DNA from: Balanoglossus misakiensis
Lineage: Eukaryota; Animalia; Hemichordata
Assembly (NCBI GenBank): GCA_040954595.2
Contig: CM082590.2
Coordinates: 1,364,001 to 1,428,000, forward strand
Reading direction: 5' to 3'
DNA length: 64,000 bases
Position 1 is the stretch's first letter. Each line of letters opens with the position of its first letter. Below, piece after piece: positions 40,379 through 53,771 of the stretch. The notes beneath the pieces were generated by a model that was given only the letters and a program-made list of their open reading frames with translations, ran no database searches and was not told the DNA's origin. The position numbers and the translations under genes are program-made.

Positions 40379-41363
40379 GGGACCGTTCAGTTTTTACGGC
40401 CGGGGGCGGCAAAATCCAGACGGGGGGGGGGGGATTCACTTAAATGTTGAAGTCCAAAAGGGAGGGCATCTTTTTTTTTTTAAACGTTTAGGGGGGATCA
40501 CATACTTTTGCCACCGAACTTTTGCTTTTGAGTCCACAAAATTGCAGTTTCGCGCCCTTTATTTTACAAAATTTTCTAATGTGGGAGGGGGACACCCCTT
40601 CCCAAACCCACCCCCTTCATTCTTCGCCACATTTCATTTATTGCTGGTTTGTCTAGTGTACCAGGGCAGACTACTTGTCACCCCACCCTGATGCTTACTT
40701 TGAATGGAGTGGCAAAAGTAAAATTGGTCCACCCCAACATATGTTAATATGCTTTAGAGTTCATTAAAATGCAACTTTGAGCAATGTATTTTACAAAATT
40801 TTCTTCATTCTAAAGCTTCGCCACATCTAGTGTACCAGGGCATAGCACTTGCCCAACCTCCATCCCCACAGATGCTAACTGTGAAGGGAGTGGCAAAAGT
40901 AAAATTGGTCCTCCCCAACATTGAGTTAATATGCTTTTGAGTTCATTAAAATGCAACTTTGAGCACCGTATTTTACAAAATTTTCTTATGTGGGAGGGGG
41001 GGGGGAACACTCCCACACCCACCCCCGCCACTTTTCTTGTTTTACCATTCTAGCAACTATTGTATTGACTTGTCATTTTAATTTATTCATATATTTCTTT
41101 ATTGCAACGATATACTGTTATATACTTCAATTACTTTAAGAAGTTTATAATTGACGTGCGAGGAGCCTCATTCCCTTTATTGCACACAGTGTACAGGATC
41201 AGGACGGCGAATGTTTTCGGCGAGGGGGGGGAGTCATCATAATGCCTGTCAAAGGGGGGTCTTCATTTTTTGGTCCTGGGTGAAGGGGGGTCGGCCTGAT
41301 TTTGAAAACCGATGACACAAACTTGCCAACCCCCCCCCCCAGCCATAAAAACTGAACGGTCCC
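40379..41363. mobile_element. PIF/Harbinger (Tourist-like) MITE
   Basis: TAA-GGGACCGTTCAGTTTTTA.GGC / GCC.TAAAAACTGAACGGTCCC-TAA. Internal direct duplication of about 170 bp (40652 / 40826). Confidence 0.85.
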
Positions 41364-43115
41364 TAAGAGGACCAACATGGTTCTGCTTTATAAGGTCAAA
41401 GCACAAAGGTTGGCGAGGCGACGTCGGCCAGGACTGTACCAAACACAATGTGAGACTAAAGATTAGCTTATCTTGTCACAATCATAGGGATTAGTTTTGC
41501 CCGGCCATGGGCCTAGATGTGAACCCACTATATATCTGCCATGTCTGTCTGTCTGTCTGTCTCACAGTCTTTCTGTCTATCCTTCAGTCGTTTCAGAAAC
41601 TGCGTAGCTACAGAGTACATATAGGCCTAGGCATATGCAGAGAGATTGTCGACTGGTTTATATACCATCATGATATTAGCTGACTTGTTATATAAAAAAG
41701 AATGCAGACTCGTGTGTGTGTGGAGCAAAGCGAAAAAAAACACGAGTCTGGATTCTAGACTAAGTTAGCACTAGTATATATTGTCATTCGAATTTGAAAT
41801 CTGCTTTAGGGCCTATAGTAGAGTTTAAATGAGGACGAAGTTCCAAATCTAATTTTTTTGTTCAAATGTTTTCTTTTTTATCTGTCTGTATGAGAATTTG
41901 GTCGCAACCAATCGCCGGTAAAAGCAATCTTGGCACAGAATACGTAATGAAAACCCTAGCTCCGAGACTGACGTCACCAGCGCGTCGACATATTCGACAT
42001 TGGTCGCGTGCTGAATAAAACCTTATGTTCTATTCGATGACGTGACGTCATCTACTTCTATCTGTGTCGCCGAGTAACTGACTCACTGTTTGTTCGTGAC
42101 GACGAGACTACAACATATCATTATGTATTCTGTTGGCAGTGACTGTCTCTGACTGTGTAGAAATTGTAAGTTGTAACGTCATATGTGATTTGCATAACAG
42201 ACGAATTTTGATTTGGTCGATTTCATCTTAGCAAAACAGTGGCATTGTGTCCGATATCGCTGTGTTCGCAAAAAAGTTCCATTCTCCGCGGCCAAACAGA
42301 CCGTCCTCCCAGCACCCCACAGTGTAGAGCAGACCAAAGTTTGCCATGCGTTTTTAACACGTACAACCAATGCAGCGGTGACCGAAATATTAATCCCAAT
42401 ATTTCCCATATCAGGTGTTTTTGTCTCGGTTTTATATGCCTGATACATGTCATGACACATGTACGTAGCCTAAATTGGAATTTGAAAAGTGTTTCCCACA
42501 AAATGCAACAAAGTGACACATTTTGTTGATCTTTACACGCATAAGGGGTTTCCCTCATGTGAACATAGAAAATCGAAACGCATGCACTTTGAATCGTCGA
42601 TTATGCTTTCAAGTATTCCATCAGTCTCTGTGAGACTACTCTTGAATTTGTTTGTAAATTTATTTATCTTGGGCATATTTTCTCTCATGATTTATCTGAT
42701 AACGAGGACATTCTAAAACAACTTAGAGCAAGGGCCAATTTACTCCTTTGAAAGTGCAATTCGTGTTCTGTCGATGTGAAATTCCGTCTTTTTAATGCGT
42801 TTTGCAATAACATTTATGACACTCGGTTTATGGTGTAATTTTAATTTGTATAATATCCGCAATATAACTAATGTCACAACAATGCCCTTGGAAGACTACT
42901 TGGTCATTCAGGACCCGAAAGTGTCTCTAAAATGTTTGCTTTGAACGCCGTGAACTGCGTCTCCGTCATTACAGAATACAAGTCGGTTTTATCTAATACT
43001 CATTTTGTTCTTAGCTTTGATGATGTTATTTTAGTGTCATTGCCAATGTTTTAAAAAAAACTAAGATACTATGGACGCTTATGTATGGCAAGCCTCAGGG
43101 GTCTTAAGTATAGCA

Positions 43116-43780
43116 ATAGTAGTATTTAATGTTGAAGTAGTACGATTATATTTTGATTCGTTAATATATTATAAATAAATAGTAGTATTTAATGTTGAAG
43201 TGGTACGATTATATTTTGATTCGTTAATATATTATAAATAAATAGTAGTATTTAATGTTGAAGTGGTACGATTATATTTTGATTCGTTAATATATTATAA
43301 ATAAATAGTAGTATTTAATGTTGAAGTGGTACGATTATATTTTGATTCGTTAATATATTATAAATAAATAGTAGTATTTAATGTTGAAGTAGTACGATTA
43401 TATTTTGATTCGTTAATATATTATAAATAAATAGTAGTATATAATGTTGAAGTAGTACGATTATATTTTGATTCGTTAATATATTATAAATAAATAGTAG
43501 TATTTAATGTTGAAGTAGTACGATTATATTTTGATTCGTTAATATATTATAAATAAATAGTAGTATTTAATGTTGAAGTAGTACGATTATATTTTGATTC
43601 GTTAATATATTATAAATAAATAGTAGTATTTAATGTTGAAGTAGTACGATTATATTTTGATTCGTTAATATATTATAAATAAATAGTAGTATATAATGTT
43701 GAAGTAGTACGATTATATTTTGATTCGTTAATATATTATAAATAAATAGTAGTATTTAATGTTGAAGTAGTACGATTATA
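43116..43780 (+). repeat. AT-rich 63-bp minisatellite, about 10.5 copies (left arm)
   Basis: Unit ATAGTAGTATTTAATGTTGAAGTAGTACGATTATATTTTGATTCGTTAATATATTATAAATAA. Confidence 0.97.
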
Positions 43781-43900
43781 TGACACTTTGCAAGTATTAT
43801 TATTATTTACTTGTTTACTACCTCACTAGAGGGCGCACAATTTTATTGTCGGCCATTTTCTGTTTGTGTTGCGCGTCTCTGGCAGTCGCAGTCGAAAGAG

Positions 43901-44095
43901 ATGGATATCGAGGCAATATTGCACGAAATAAATTTGGCAACGTTGGTAGAGAGGTTCAAATATGAGCGGATTGAAGCTCCCACCGTTCTTTCCATGACGG
44001 AAGGGGAAATAAAGAGATTGGGAGTTACAAGAGCAGGTGATCGAGTGCGACTCCGAGACCTTTGCAAGGAAGCAACTCAGCCGTCACCGGCCTAG
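43901..44095 (+). CDS. SAM (sterile alpha motif)-like 64-aa ORF, left arm; expression unknown
   Basis: MDIEAILHEINLATLVERFKYERIEAPTVLSMTEGEIKRLGVTRAGDRVRLRDLCKE matches the SAM pattern L..(I/L).L..L...F..E.I....(L/V)L.(L/M)T...(L/I)..LG(I/V)...GDR..L. Confidence 0.6.
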   Translation: MDIEAILHEINLATLVERFKYERIEAPTVLSMTEGEIKRLGVTRAGDRVRLRDLCKEATQPSPA

Positions 44096-44641
44096 CTCTG
44101 CGTACAGGTCTGTGTGTTCCCGGCGTTACACAGCCTCCACCACAGCCCTGCAAGGCGCCATAGAAAAGACTGGTGCTTCTGCGGTCCGGATCCGGACTGC
44201 AGCTTTTTCGGCCGAAATTCGATTTTATCGAAGCAAAATCCTTTCCCTGTCTACTTCTGCCCCCTAACCGACTCCAAATATGATGCGATTAACTTGTCCT
44301 AACGTCCGAACCGCTCGCTTTCTAAAACTTTTTTGTTTACCCATGGAGATAAACTCGCTGTAAGCTTTATATTTAATATGGCGATCTCAACATGTAAACA
44401 CACAAAAATGAATCAAACGCGAGTGGTTCGGACGTTAGGACAAGTTAATCGCATCATATTTGGAGTCGGTTAGGGGGCAGAAGTAGACAGGGAAAGGATT
44501 TTGCTTCGATAAAATCGAATTTCGGCCGAAAAAGCTGCAGTCCGGATCCGGACCGCAGAAGCACCAGTTTTTTCTATGGCGCCTTGCAGGGCTGTGGTGG
44601 AGGCTGTGTAACGCCGGGAACACACAGACCTGTACGCAGAG

Positions 44642-44836
44642 CTAGGCCGGTGACGGCTGAGTTGCTTCCTTGCAAAGGTCTCGGAGTCGCACTCGATCAC
44701 CTGCTCTTGTAACTCCCAATCTCTTTATTTCCCCTTCCGTCATGGAAAGAACGGTGGGAGCTTCAATCCGCTCATATTTGAACCTCTCTACCAACGTTGC
44801 CAAATTTATTTCGTGCAATATTGCCTCGATATCCAT
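44642..44836 (-). CDS. SAM-like 64-aa ORF, right arm (same translation, convergent)
   Basis: Reverse-complement copy of 43901-44095. Confidence 0.6.
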   Translation of the reverse strand: MDIEAILHEINLATLVERFKYERIEAPTVLSMTEGEIKRLGVTRAGDRVRLRDLCKEATQPSPA

Positions 44837-44956
44837 CTCTTTCGACTGCGACTGCCAGAGACGCGCAACACAAACAGAAAATGGCCGACAATAAAATTGT
44901 GCGCCCTCTAGTGAGGTAGTAAACAAGTAAATAATAATAATACTTGCAAAGTGTCA

Positions 44957-45621
44957 TATAATCGTACTACTTCAACATTAAATACTACTATTTATTTATA
45001 ATATATTAACGAATCAAAATATAATCGTACTACTTCAACATTATATACTACTATTTATTTATAATATATTAACGAATCAAAATATAATCGTACTACTTCA
45101 ACATTAAATACTACTATTTATTTATAATATATTAACGAATCAAAATATAATCGTACTACTTCAACATTAAATACTACTATTTATTTATAATATATTAACG
45201 AATCAAAATATAATCGTACTACTTCAACATTAAATACTACTATTTATTTATAATATATTAACGAATCAAAATATAATCGTACTACTTCAACATTAAATAC
45301 TACTATTTATTTATAATATATTAACGAATCAAAATATAATCGTACTACTTCAACATTAAATACTACTATTTATTTATAATATATTAACGAATCAAAATAT
45401 AATCGTACTACTTCAACATTAAATACTACTATTTATTTATAATATATTAACGAATCAAAATATAATCGTACTACTTCAACATTAAATACTACTATTTATT
45501 TATAATATATTAACGAATCAAAATATAATCGTACTACTTCAACATTAAATACTACTATTTATTTATAATATATTAACGAATCAAAATATAATCGTACTAC
45601 TTCAACATTAAATACTACTAT
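44957..45621 (-). repeat. 63-bp minisatellite, about 10.5 copies (right arm, inverted)
   Basis: Reverse complement of the 43116-43780 array, same length, more homogeneous. Confidence 0.97.
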
Positions 45622-45747
45622 TGCTATACTTAAGACCCCTGAGGCTTGCCATACTAATGTCTGAAATAAAGATTAATAATAGTAATAAATAATAATAATA
45701 CCGCAGGTATAAGGGACTGACCACTTTTTACCTGACTATGTTTTGTT

Positions 45748-45798
45748 TAGTTTGTTTGTTTGTTTGTTTGTTTGTTTGTTTGTTTGTTTGTTTGTTTG
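45748..45798. repeat. (GTTT)n microsatellite
   Basis: About 12 consecutive GTTT units. Confidence 0.95.
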
Positions 45799-48700
45799 AG
45801 TAAGCGAAATGTCGTTTATAATTAAGAATGGTTACTTTCAAAATATAGAGTTAAATACTTAACAATTGGTTTCTGGTGATATCATCACAGAGCGAAGCAG
45901 ATAGCAGTGATAAACGCGAGATGAATGGATCAGTAACTGTTTCTGGCAATATCACTTCGGAGGCAATTCGCCGAAGAAGGCACAGACGAAGATTGCGTCA
46001 GCGACAACGGCGGCGTGAAGGGCGGTGGGAAGCAAGACAAGCCAAACTGGTAGGAGTATAGCAGTCAAGACTCTCGAATGTATTAAGGTGGTATGCGCCT
46101 CGGGGAAAAACCTTTCAGAAAGATGATTGTCTTTCCATTGTTAATGTTCGCCGTTTTCTTTTCATAAAAATCATTGTTTTAAAAAAGATTCTCTACGCGG
46201 TCATTTTGAATTTCGAATTTGAGACAGTTTAAAGGTGTACAGTCATCTCCACTTTAAACACGCCCACACATGGGTGAAATGGCGTATTTTAGTGTTTTAA
46301 AAAAACATATCATGGTGGCGCTCTTTTTTTCGCGTTTGCCACCCATTGAAATTCTGTGCTTGGCTATATCTCAATTAGCCATGGTAACTGTAGCTAAATT
46401 TATTCTTGTATTTATGAGAAAAAGTTTCTAAAGACTTTGATTAGAGAGAGGCACGTTCTATTCAGGGTATTGTCTGAAAAAAAATGCTTAATGACATCGT
46501 ATCACCATTTTAGGTGCGAACATATTTGAAAAAGTTGCAAATAGTTTTTTAAAGTCGGAATCGGAATCATTAGGGCTGCTACATACAAAACATAATCTTT
46601 GAGGAATTGGGTTGTTGTGTTTTTAAGTATCGAGGTCCAAAACCCCAAACGTTTAACTTTCTTGAAGCCCAAATACTAATAAAGGGAAGATGCATGTCAC
46701 GTGGCCACTTTATAAATATACTGGATAGGGAACCACTATATATACATGTTGGCCTATGTATACACTGTTGGGGTTTACAGAAAAGTACGTAGATCCATGA
46801 AAGGATATATATTTGTATGTCATATCAGAAAACGGAGGCATAATTAGGAAGTTCTCTACTTAAGCGCCATATATCTTTATTTTTCAAATATTTGTCTTCC
46901 AGGATATTCACCCGGATGGCACTTTCAATGCAGAGTGTCAGTTTTCAAGGCAGTCTAATGATGTCAATAATACAAATGGAGAGTTTGATGTACGTCGGTA
47001 TAATTCCAGGAAATATGGTAACGCGTTTAGAATGAGTGTCCTATGATGTCACCTATTTCGAAACCACGGCTAACGTCTTGATGTCTCAATCAATTTAAAA
47101 CACGTTATTGCGAACTATACTTTTGTATAAAATATGCAAAATGTAATTCATTTTTGCTCGTAGCCCAGTGAAGCAAATACAAGGTTGATTGTGTTTAAAG
47201 TACGACTAAGCATTGAGTACATGTATATAGTTGATTATTACATATCGCAATCGTTTCGAGACAATCACTTTAATCGAATCCAAAAGAACGACACTGTTGC
47301 ACATGAGTGGGTTTGTTATTGTATTCAAGAGATCCAATGTTTAGGGCTAGCCTAGACGACTATAGATTGTGAAAAGGTCGACTAGATTCTACAGTTTCCT
47401 TATTTGTTTACACAGGAAGCGTCGTGCCTTCTCTTCCCTGGTATCAAGTTGTTCCACAGTGAGCCCATGTCTATTCTTCTCACAAGTCAAACAGAAACTA
47501 TACTTCAATCGGTAAGTGAGTCAATCGGTATGTGAGTTAGTAGAAGAAATTGGAAAGAATTAACGGTATACGGTCAGCTCTACTTTTATATATGGTTATA
47601 ATGACGTGTCCAAGTCTCCAAATGATCACGTGGTGGCGCACTTGAGTGTGCCATCCACTGAAAATCTGTGATTGGCTACATTTCAATTAGCCATGGCAGT
47701 AGGGGTCATATATTTACATAATTGACAATATGCCTTAAAACTCTGTTTCGGAAACCCCAGGGATTCGGATTAACGTGTGTTTGTACGGTAGTTTATTTGG
47801 GAGTGATTGGGAAGGGTCGTCGTGGCGTGGCATTCTTTAAAATCTAAAAGCACGAATAGGAGCCTTTATGGACAATGTGATGTCAGATGCACTTTGAGAG
47901 GTCATGATGGGTGTGTTCACTTGTGCGCTGGCGGTGATTTTGAAATTGTAGCGAGGAAATGGTGGGATTTGCCGACACTTTTTAGGGACCAACCCTTTAC
48001 ATTTCGATTTAAAATGTGGCGTCTGCTTAAATATACTCCGATAATTCTGTCCTAATGATTAATAAACTTAATATTCCCATCAGGAAAGACATCCATTAAA
48101 CCGTAATACATGATGAAAGTATCAATCTTTGTTACACACTTAAATATGTTTGATATCTCACGCAGCACATATATGATATGATGCACTTGAAAGTAAGTGG
48201 ACAACTGCACGGTTCTATTACCAACTCAGACAAAGTATTTGTCAAAACAGACGTAACTGCAGACGACATTGAAATAACTTTCAGACTGCCAACTGAAGCA
48301 GCAACAATGCAGATGGTTAGTATGTTTATTCAATACCTCTTAAACCAACTGCAGTGATTATAATTAAGAAATAACCTTTATATGTGTAAATTGAGCCTGG
48401 AAGAAATACTACGTCTTTTGTTACGTAATACAAAAATGTAACAAAATGCGAGATTACGAAATTGCTTTAAAGGGACGATTTGCCCTCTCTTTCCCGATGT
48501 GCAGATGTTTGGTTTGGAAAACGTTCTTCAGAATATGACCGCTGCGCGCGAGTTAAAAACTGGTGGGTAAAATTGTTTCAAATAGTAACGTTTTATATTC
48601 TACTTCATTGTGGATGTCGTTTTACAACTTTTTTTGCAGACGTCGACTCCAACTTTTACTTTGAGCAAATGTGACGAAGGCACTGCTGAGAAATCAGATC

Positions 48701-49599
48701 TTGCGTTGATCTCTACAGAAATACCCAGATGTGATCGATTCCATGACGATGTCGCAATAGTGGCAGACGAGGTCACCGGGTAAGTGTGTTTAATGATAAG
48801 GTTCAGACTCCTGAGATTCCATCGGTCCAATGATTGATGTCGAAATGGAAATACCATTCTGAGATGAATAAAGGAAGTTTTTATCAACGGGAGAAACGCC
48901 TTAAACGCTGATTTAAAAAAACAGGAACGACGACGGATTTTGTTTCTTTGTGACCAGAGTGATCATTTCGACGATTTTTCTGGTTACAGGTCAAACACTG
49001 ACAGATTCACAGAAGACACATCACCACAAGAGGGCGCACTAGACAAGCTTCCCGTATTCAGAAGATTTAGAAATGCTGTTAAAAGAATGAAAAAGAACAA
49101 AATATGTCCACTTAATTGAAAACAACTCAGACAGTAAATACGGGCCCATCACAATTTCGTTAAAGCATTAGGCATACATTGTATGAGCACGCATGTACAT
49201 TAGTGTTTGAAAGGCAAACTTTACAGAATTAAATCAATGTATTTTGTAACTAGAATTACTTGGTGACTTTTACATAATATCGTCTCACTCCAAGGCACCG
49301 GCATACATGTTCAACATTTAACTCGTTATATCTAACTACGCATCGGACATTGTCATTAACCTCGAAAACTGTAAGAATCAACATGATTGGAAATGTACAT
49401 TCCACATATCCCTTGTTTTGGATCTTGCGTCTTGTCTGACGTCGACAGACGGAGCTTTGCACTACATAAAAAATACAATACCAACATGAACTGAACCGGG
49501 GAATGGAAATGCCCCCTTTAGGACCGGGAAGTTTAGTAAGTCGACACCTGGGCTATACTATAAGACTTTGCCATGGATAGGGCTGGTAAATTAGTCATA

Positions 49600-50052
49600 A
49601 AGGGCGTTCTCACTGGCAAGATTACACCGGTGCTACACTGGTGTAGATTTGACACCAACGGAAAAAAACAAGTGAGAACGCTTTACACCGGTGTTGGGCC
49701 GGTGTTAATTTGCGACGGCGATGGGTGGTGGGTCAGGGCCAGCGCTGGGCCAGCGCTCCGACGCAAATAGTCAGTGAGAACGCAAAGATAAACAAACACC
49801 GTTCAAAAGCGCCACCCTGCAGTGACTTTTGGGTATGTTTATTAGGTATAGCCCATTGTCTTTGGTCAGTTTCCATTGTGAAGTCAATCACACTGGACGC
49901 GAGTGGTTTTCAAACCATTCGCAGTTTGCCAGGTCTGCAACACTTCTGTCTGCTACCAACTTTCAGAAGGTTCTCTCGATCACCGAAAAGCTGAGGCATT
50001 TTCCATTTATGGATTAACATTCATTTACTTCTAAACATTATCAAAACTGTCA
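49600..50052. mobile_element. Truncated, uninterrupted copy of the 29448-31413 family
   Basis: Shares TTCTCACTGGCA..TTACACCGGTGCTACAC through CATTCATTTACTTCTAAACATTATCAAAACTGTCA. Confidence 0.85.
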
Positions 50053-50140
50053 GCGTTGGTTATTACCACAAATTATATTAGGCCTACTGATACATTATGA
50101 TGGTAATATACCCATGTATAGGGTGTGGGTTGAGTTGTAT

Positions 50141-50455
50141 TATATAATACCAGTATATTGATGGTGTAAATCACGCTATTTTATTGGTCGAGACATGACA
50201 CATGACCGTGATATATTAGTCATATACCACAGTCATATATCATAGTCAAAGAAAATGCCTTTTTAAAATGTCTTATGCAAAGTTTCAATATACTAGCATA
50301 ATATAATAGCAATAAAACACCCCCAGCCATGGTATACCACGAGATTTTGACCAGTTCAACTCCATATACGCACTCGCTATCGCTCGTGCGTATATGTCGT
50401 GAACTGGTCAAAATCTCGTGGTATACCATGGCTGGGGGTGTTTTATTGCTTAAAT
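50141..50455 (-). mobile_element. Hairpin-headed small element
   Basis: Near-perfect hairpin 50308-50450 (AGCAATAAAACACCCCCAGCCATGGTATACCACGAGATTTTGACCAGTTC and its reverse complement). Weak short IR 50141-50157 / 50289-50305. Confidence 0.65.
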
Positions 50456-51386
50456 AACTGGTCATTTAGCATGTTTAAGTGAGCAGATTAACATAAATAA
50501 CCCATCAAAAGAAATACAAATAAAGCAAAATGTTTGTCAAAAGTTATTTTCTTTATCTATATTTTTGGGGGCGTTGTTGAACTGCGATTTAGGCCTACTG
50601 CTCGTTACTGCTTTTGCAAACACCTAACCCAGTGTTCGGCTAGGAGGAGAGTCCACTTATGCGAGAACCAAAGATTGCGTTATTAAACTTTAATAGCTTC
50701 AACTGTTAGCGTATGACAGCCCAGAAAATTAAAACATGAAGCTCGCATGTTTTGGGTAAGAGTGATGACCTTATCACGTTCCAGCTCCCGAGACTGTGTT
50801 GTAAACGGACATTGACTTAGACTTCCTCCAAGTCCGTTGGGCTTCATTATTGGGATCGAGTTGCCCCATGGTGGTGGACGGTAACCGAAATCAGAAGCTC
50901 ACCAGCCCTGAATTCGTTTCTCAGCTCAGTACCAGAAACTCGCTCAAAGCAAGCAAGCAATTGCAAACACACGAAAAGTATTGTGAATATACCGGAAAGT
51001 TTGCTCTATCATTCATTCACAAACATGCTAAATATTATGTAGACATTTTTGTACATCATGTTCTGTCCCCGGGCTTTGTATTCTAGATCGACGCCCTGGT
51101 CTCCGGGCTACCAAGAAATATACAATTTGAGACTTCCATGGACTGGCGTTTGGCATCGCATCATAATGTATCCACGTGCTAATTACTCCACTTATATGGA
51201 AGACCGGTCACGACATGCGTGACATGCGACCTGCGACTTCAAAACTGCGACCTGCGGCCTGCGACTTCCTCACACTCCGTCAAGATGGCGACTGCAATGC
51301 GGATGTTGGCGAGTACTTTTATCGAGGCTATATTGTCGACGAAATTGCTGTTGTTTTAGGACTTCATCGTGGTGTTTGGTTCAGGT

Positions 51387-51505
51387 CAATCTGATTAAAA
51401 TCAGATGTAGGGAACAGCGACTTGGTTTTTTATGCTGTAGTGTGAGGCGACAGCATAAAAAAAACCCCAAGTCGCCGTTCCCTACATCTGATTTTAATGA
51501 GATTG
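51387..51505. repeat. Palindromic repeat (about 120 bp); half copy at 53687-53745
   Basis: CAATCTGATTAAAATCAGATGTAGGGAAC.GCGACTTGG..TTTTATGCTG with reverse complement. Confidence 0.8.
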
Positions 51506-52979
51506 GGTTCAGGTAAGGTCGTCTATCCGACAGTCGCATTAGGGTTGTTTTTACACGGCGATCGCCTATGACACAGTAATCGCCGTGTACAAACATGTAA
51601 GCAAAGGTCGCACCGTTTGGTCATTTAAAGGGTTCGGTTGTTTTTTCATAGCGAATTACGTTCCTGGCAGGGAGGTCGTGTCATACCTTGTCTCTTATTA
51701 TATTATAAGCGCTGCCAAACTACAGTGCGACCTGCGCCTCAGGTCGAGCGTCCTGTCCCATATCGCCCCCCGCCCCAACACATTTAGTGTGTGTGAAGCA
51801 CAGTAGTAAGGCCTAACCCATCAGGGAGTTTTAATGATTTGATAACATAACATATTCCTGGGGTACTGGTTGCACTAGCAATTCCTAAAAGCACTCGCTC
51901 CTTCATCCATGGCCGAATAAATTTGACTTCATTTTGGACCATTATTGTTCTAACAGGAATTGGACAGATTTGCTCACTGTGTGCAATTAGTATGTCTTAA
52001 TTTGTATTTGGTGAAGGATGGGAGCTAGACCTATGGATAACATATGCGTAATTGGGCCCCTCGCAAATGTTTACCCTGCTCCATTAGCTGTAACTTTTCA
52101 CGATGTTTTCAGTACCTTTGTTTTATGTATCTACTGCAGTTCCTTGTTCAGATCCCTGAAGTATGATGAAATGTCCAGTCCCTCACGATCTTGCTTATTA
52201 ACATAGCCTATATGTATGTAGTCGACATTGTTATTGTGCAAAATTTGAATTCAAGTCCGGACTTAGAATTCATTTGTCAACAATAACATTGGCCATTACA
52301 TACATACAGGTTATGACGACAAATACAAGCAGAGATCTGTGTATATTAGTATGCTGTTTGAAGTAGAAGAAGAAATTGCATTTGGTACACAGAACAAAAA
52401 TACTGGAAATGAAGCCAGAACTTACAGCTAATGCCCCTTTAGGAATCAATGCAAAGCAAAATGTGGAGATATAGTATAAAACATATTTTACCCATGATGT
52501 ATAGTCTGTCACATTGTACATTAACTGTATGAAATGCTCTGGAATATGAATGCATTGTTTGATGTTGATATTTATTTTACCTTCACAGAGAGACTTATAC
52601 GTGACATACAATGTAATAACATACTTCAACCAGGTAGACTTGCTGCAAGGAGATGGGAGGTTTAATTTATATCAAGACTTTTAGTAGAGCTCCATGCACT
52701 CGGATAAGAACTCTGACCACCAGTCTTTTAGCGGAATCTAGCTTTGCACTTTTGCACCAATCACATGCTTGAAGGTTTTTTCCATTTCCACCAGACATTG
52801 TCAGTTCTTTTTGCTTGCATCCTTGTAGATTTCTGCAGTCAATGTTGAATAAAGTGGTTGAAAGTTAAATTACTGAGTCGCTCCTATTCCAGTCCCAGAA
52901 CCTTGCTCATAATTCCACCCTGTACATATCAAAGAATCTTATACACAGGGCCAGCTCTCCAACAACAAACATGGAGTGA

Positions 52980-53275
52980 AGTGTGTATATTTGTTTGTTT
53001 GATGTTATTGATTGATATAATAAAAATGTTTAGTTCTTTATTTACAAATATTATCATGGTTGTTTGTTGACAGGTTAGGGTTAGGGTATATTCAACAATC
53101 CTATATTATAATACACAGTACATATATAGGGAGTGAATGAACCCCAAACCCTAACACCAACTCTGACCTGTCAACAAACAAACAAATGTGACAATATTTG
53201 TAAACAAACAACAAAATAATTTTTTTCATTTATCAACCAACCAATCAATCAATTACAACAAACAACCATACACAC
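52980..53275. repeat. Degenerate palindromic MITE-like repeat with GGGTTA-like subrepeats
   Basis: TTTACAAATATT...TTGTTTGTTGACAGGT / ACCTGTCAACAAACAA...AATATTTGTAAA. Confidence 0.6.
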
Positions 53276-53771
53276 TAAAAACAAGGAGGAAGAACTCTGT
53301 GTCTTATCTACTAGTATGCAATGAGTTGCCCTGACAATGTGATAGACCTATGATGGCCACATGCAGTTCAATGATGCCATCTGACCAGTGAGGGCGCACT
53401 TGGCCTACCAAGTGTTTGCATGGTTTGCATGTGATGACGAAGAAAATCAAACACACAATTGCCAATCTAACAACAGTTCTGAACCAATCGGTTGTTTAAT
53501 TATTAAAAGATACAAATGTCCATAACTTAAGGAATACGGAGAAATAAGCACTTAGAAGACATTCCTAAAGCATACATTATTTCTGTATCAACAATTATAC
53601 ATAATAAAAAACTGGCACAATGCACAGCCACCTTTGTTATTTAATCTTTGGACCAAATCTGAAGCCACGGTGTGCAGGCCGCCTGTCAATCTGATTACAA
53701 TCGGATGTAGGGAACGGCGACTTGGTTTTTTTTATGCTGTCGCCTCACACTTTTGTCCCGAGTCGGCCATC

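Larger units (their letters stand above)
43083..45654. repeat. Large foldback palindrome: 1236-bp arms (43083-44318 / 44419-45654) with 100-bp spacer
   Basis: Paired positions sum to 88737 along the whole arm. Outer ends GTATGGCAAGCCTCAGGGGTCTTAAG / CTTAAGACCCCTGAGGCTTGCCATAC. Confidence 0.97.

Noticed and set aside
44037-44700. Additional 76-aa and 62-aa ORFs in the palindrome arms
   Set aside because: Non-ATG starts, overlap with the SAM ORF or each other, and no recognisable domain.
43116-45621. CRISPR-like arrays flanking small ORFs
   Set aside because: The 63-bp units are head-to-tail with no spacers, so this is a minisatellite.
46082-46845. Complete TTAA element starting TTAA-GGTGGTATGCGCCTC
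   Set aside because: The left end looks Kolobok-like, but only a partial GAGGCATA match is seen on the right, with no TTAA; boundaries unsupported.
53070-53160. Interstitial telomere (GGTTAGGGTTAGGG)
   Set aside because: Only about two units, embedded in a palindromic MITE-like repeat.
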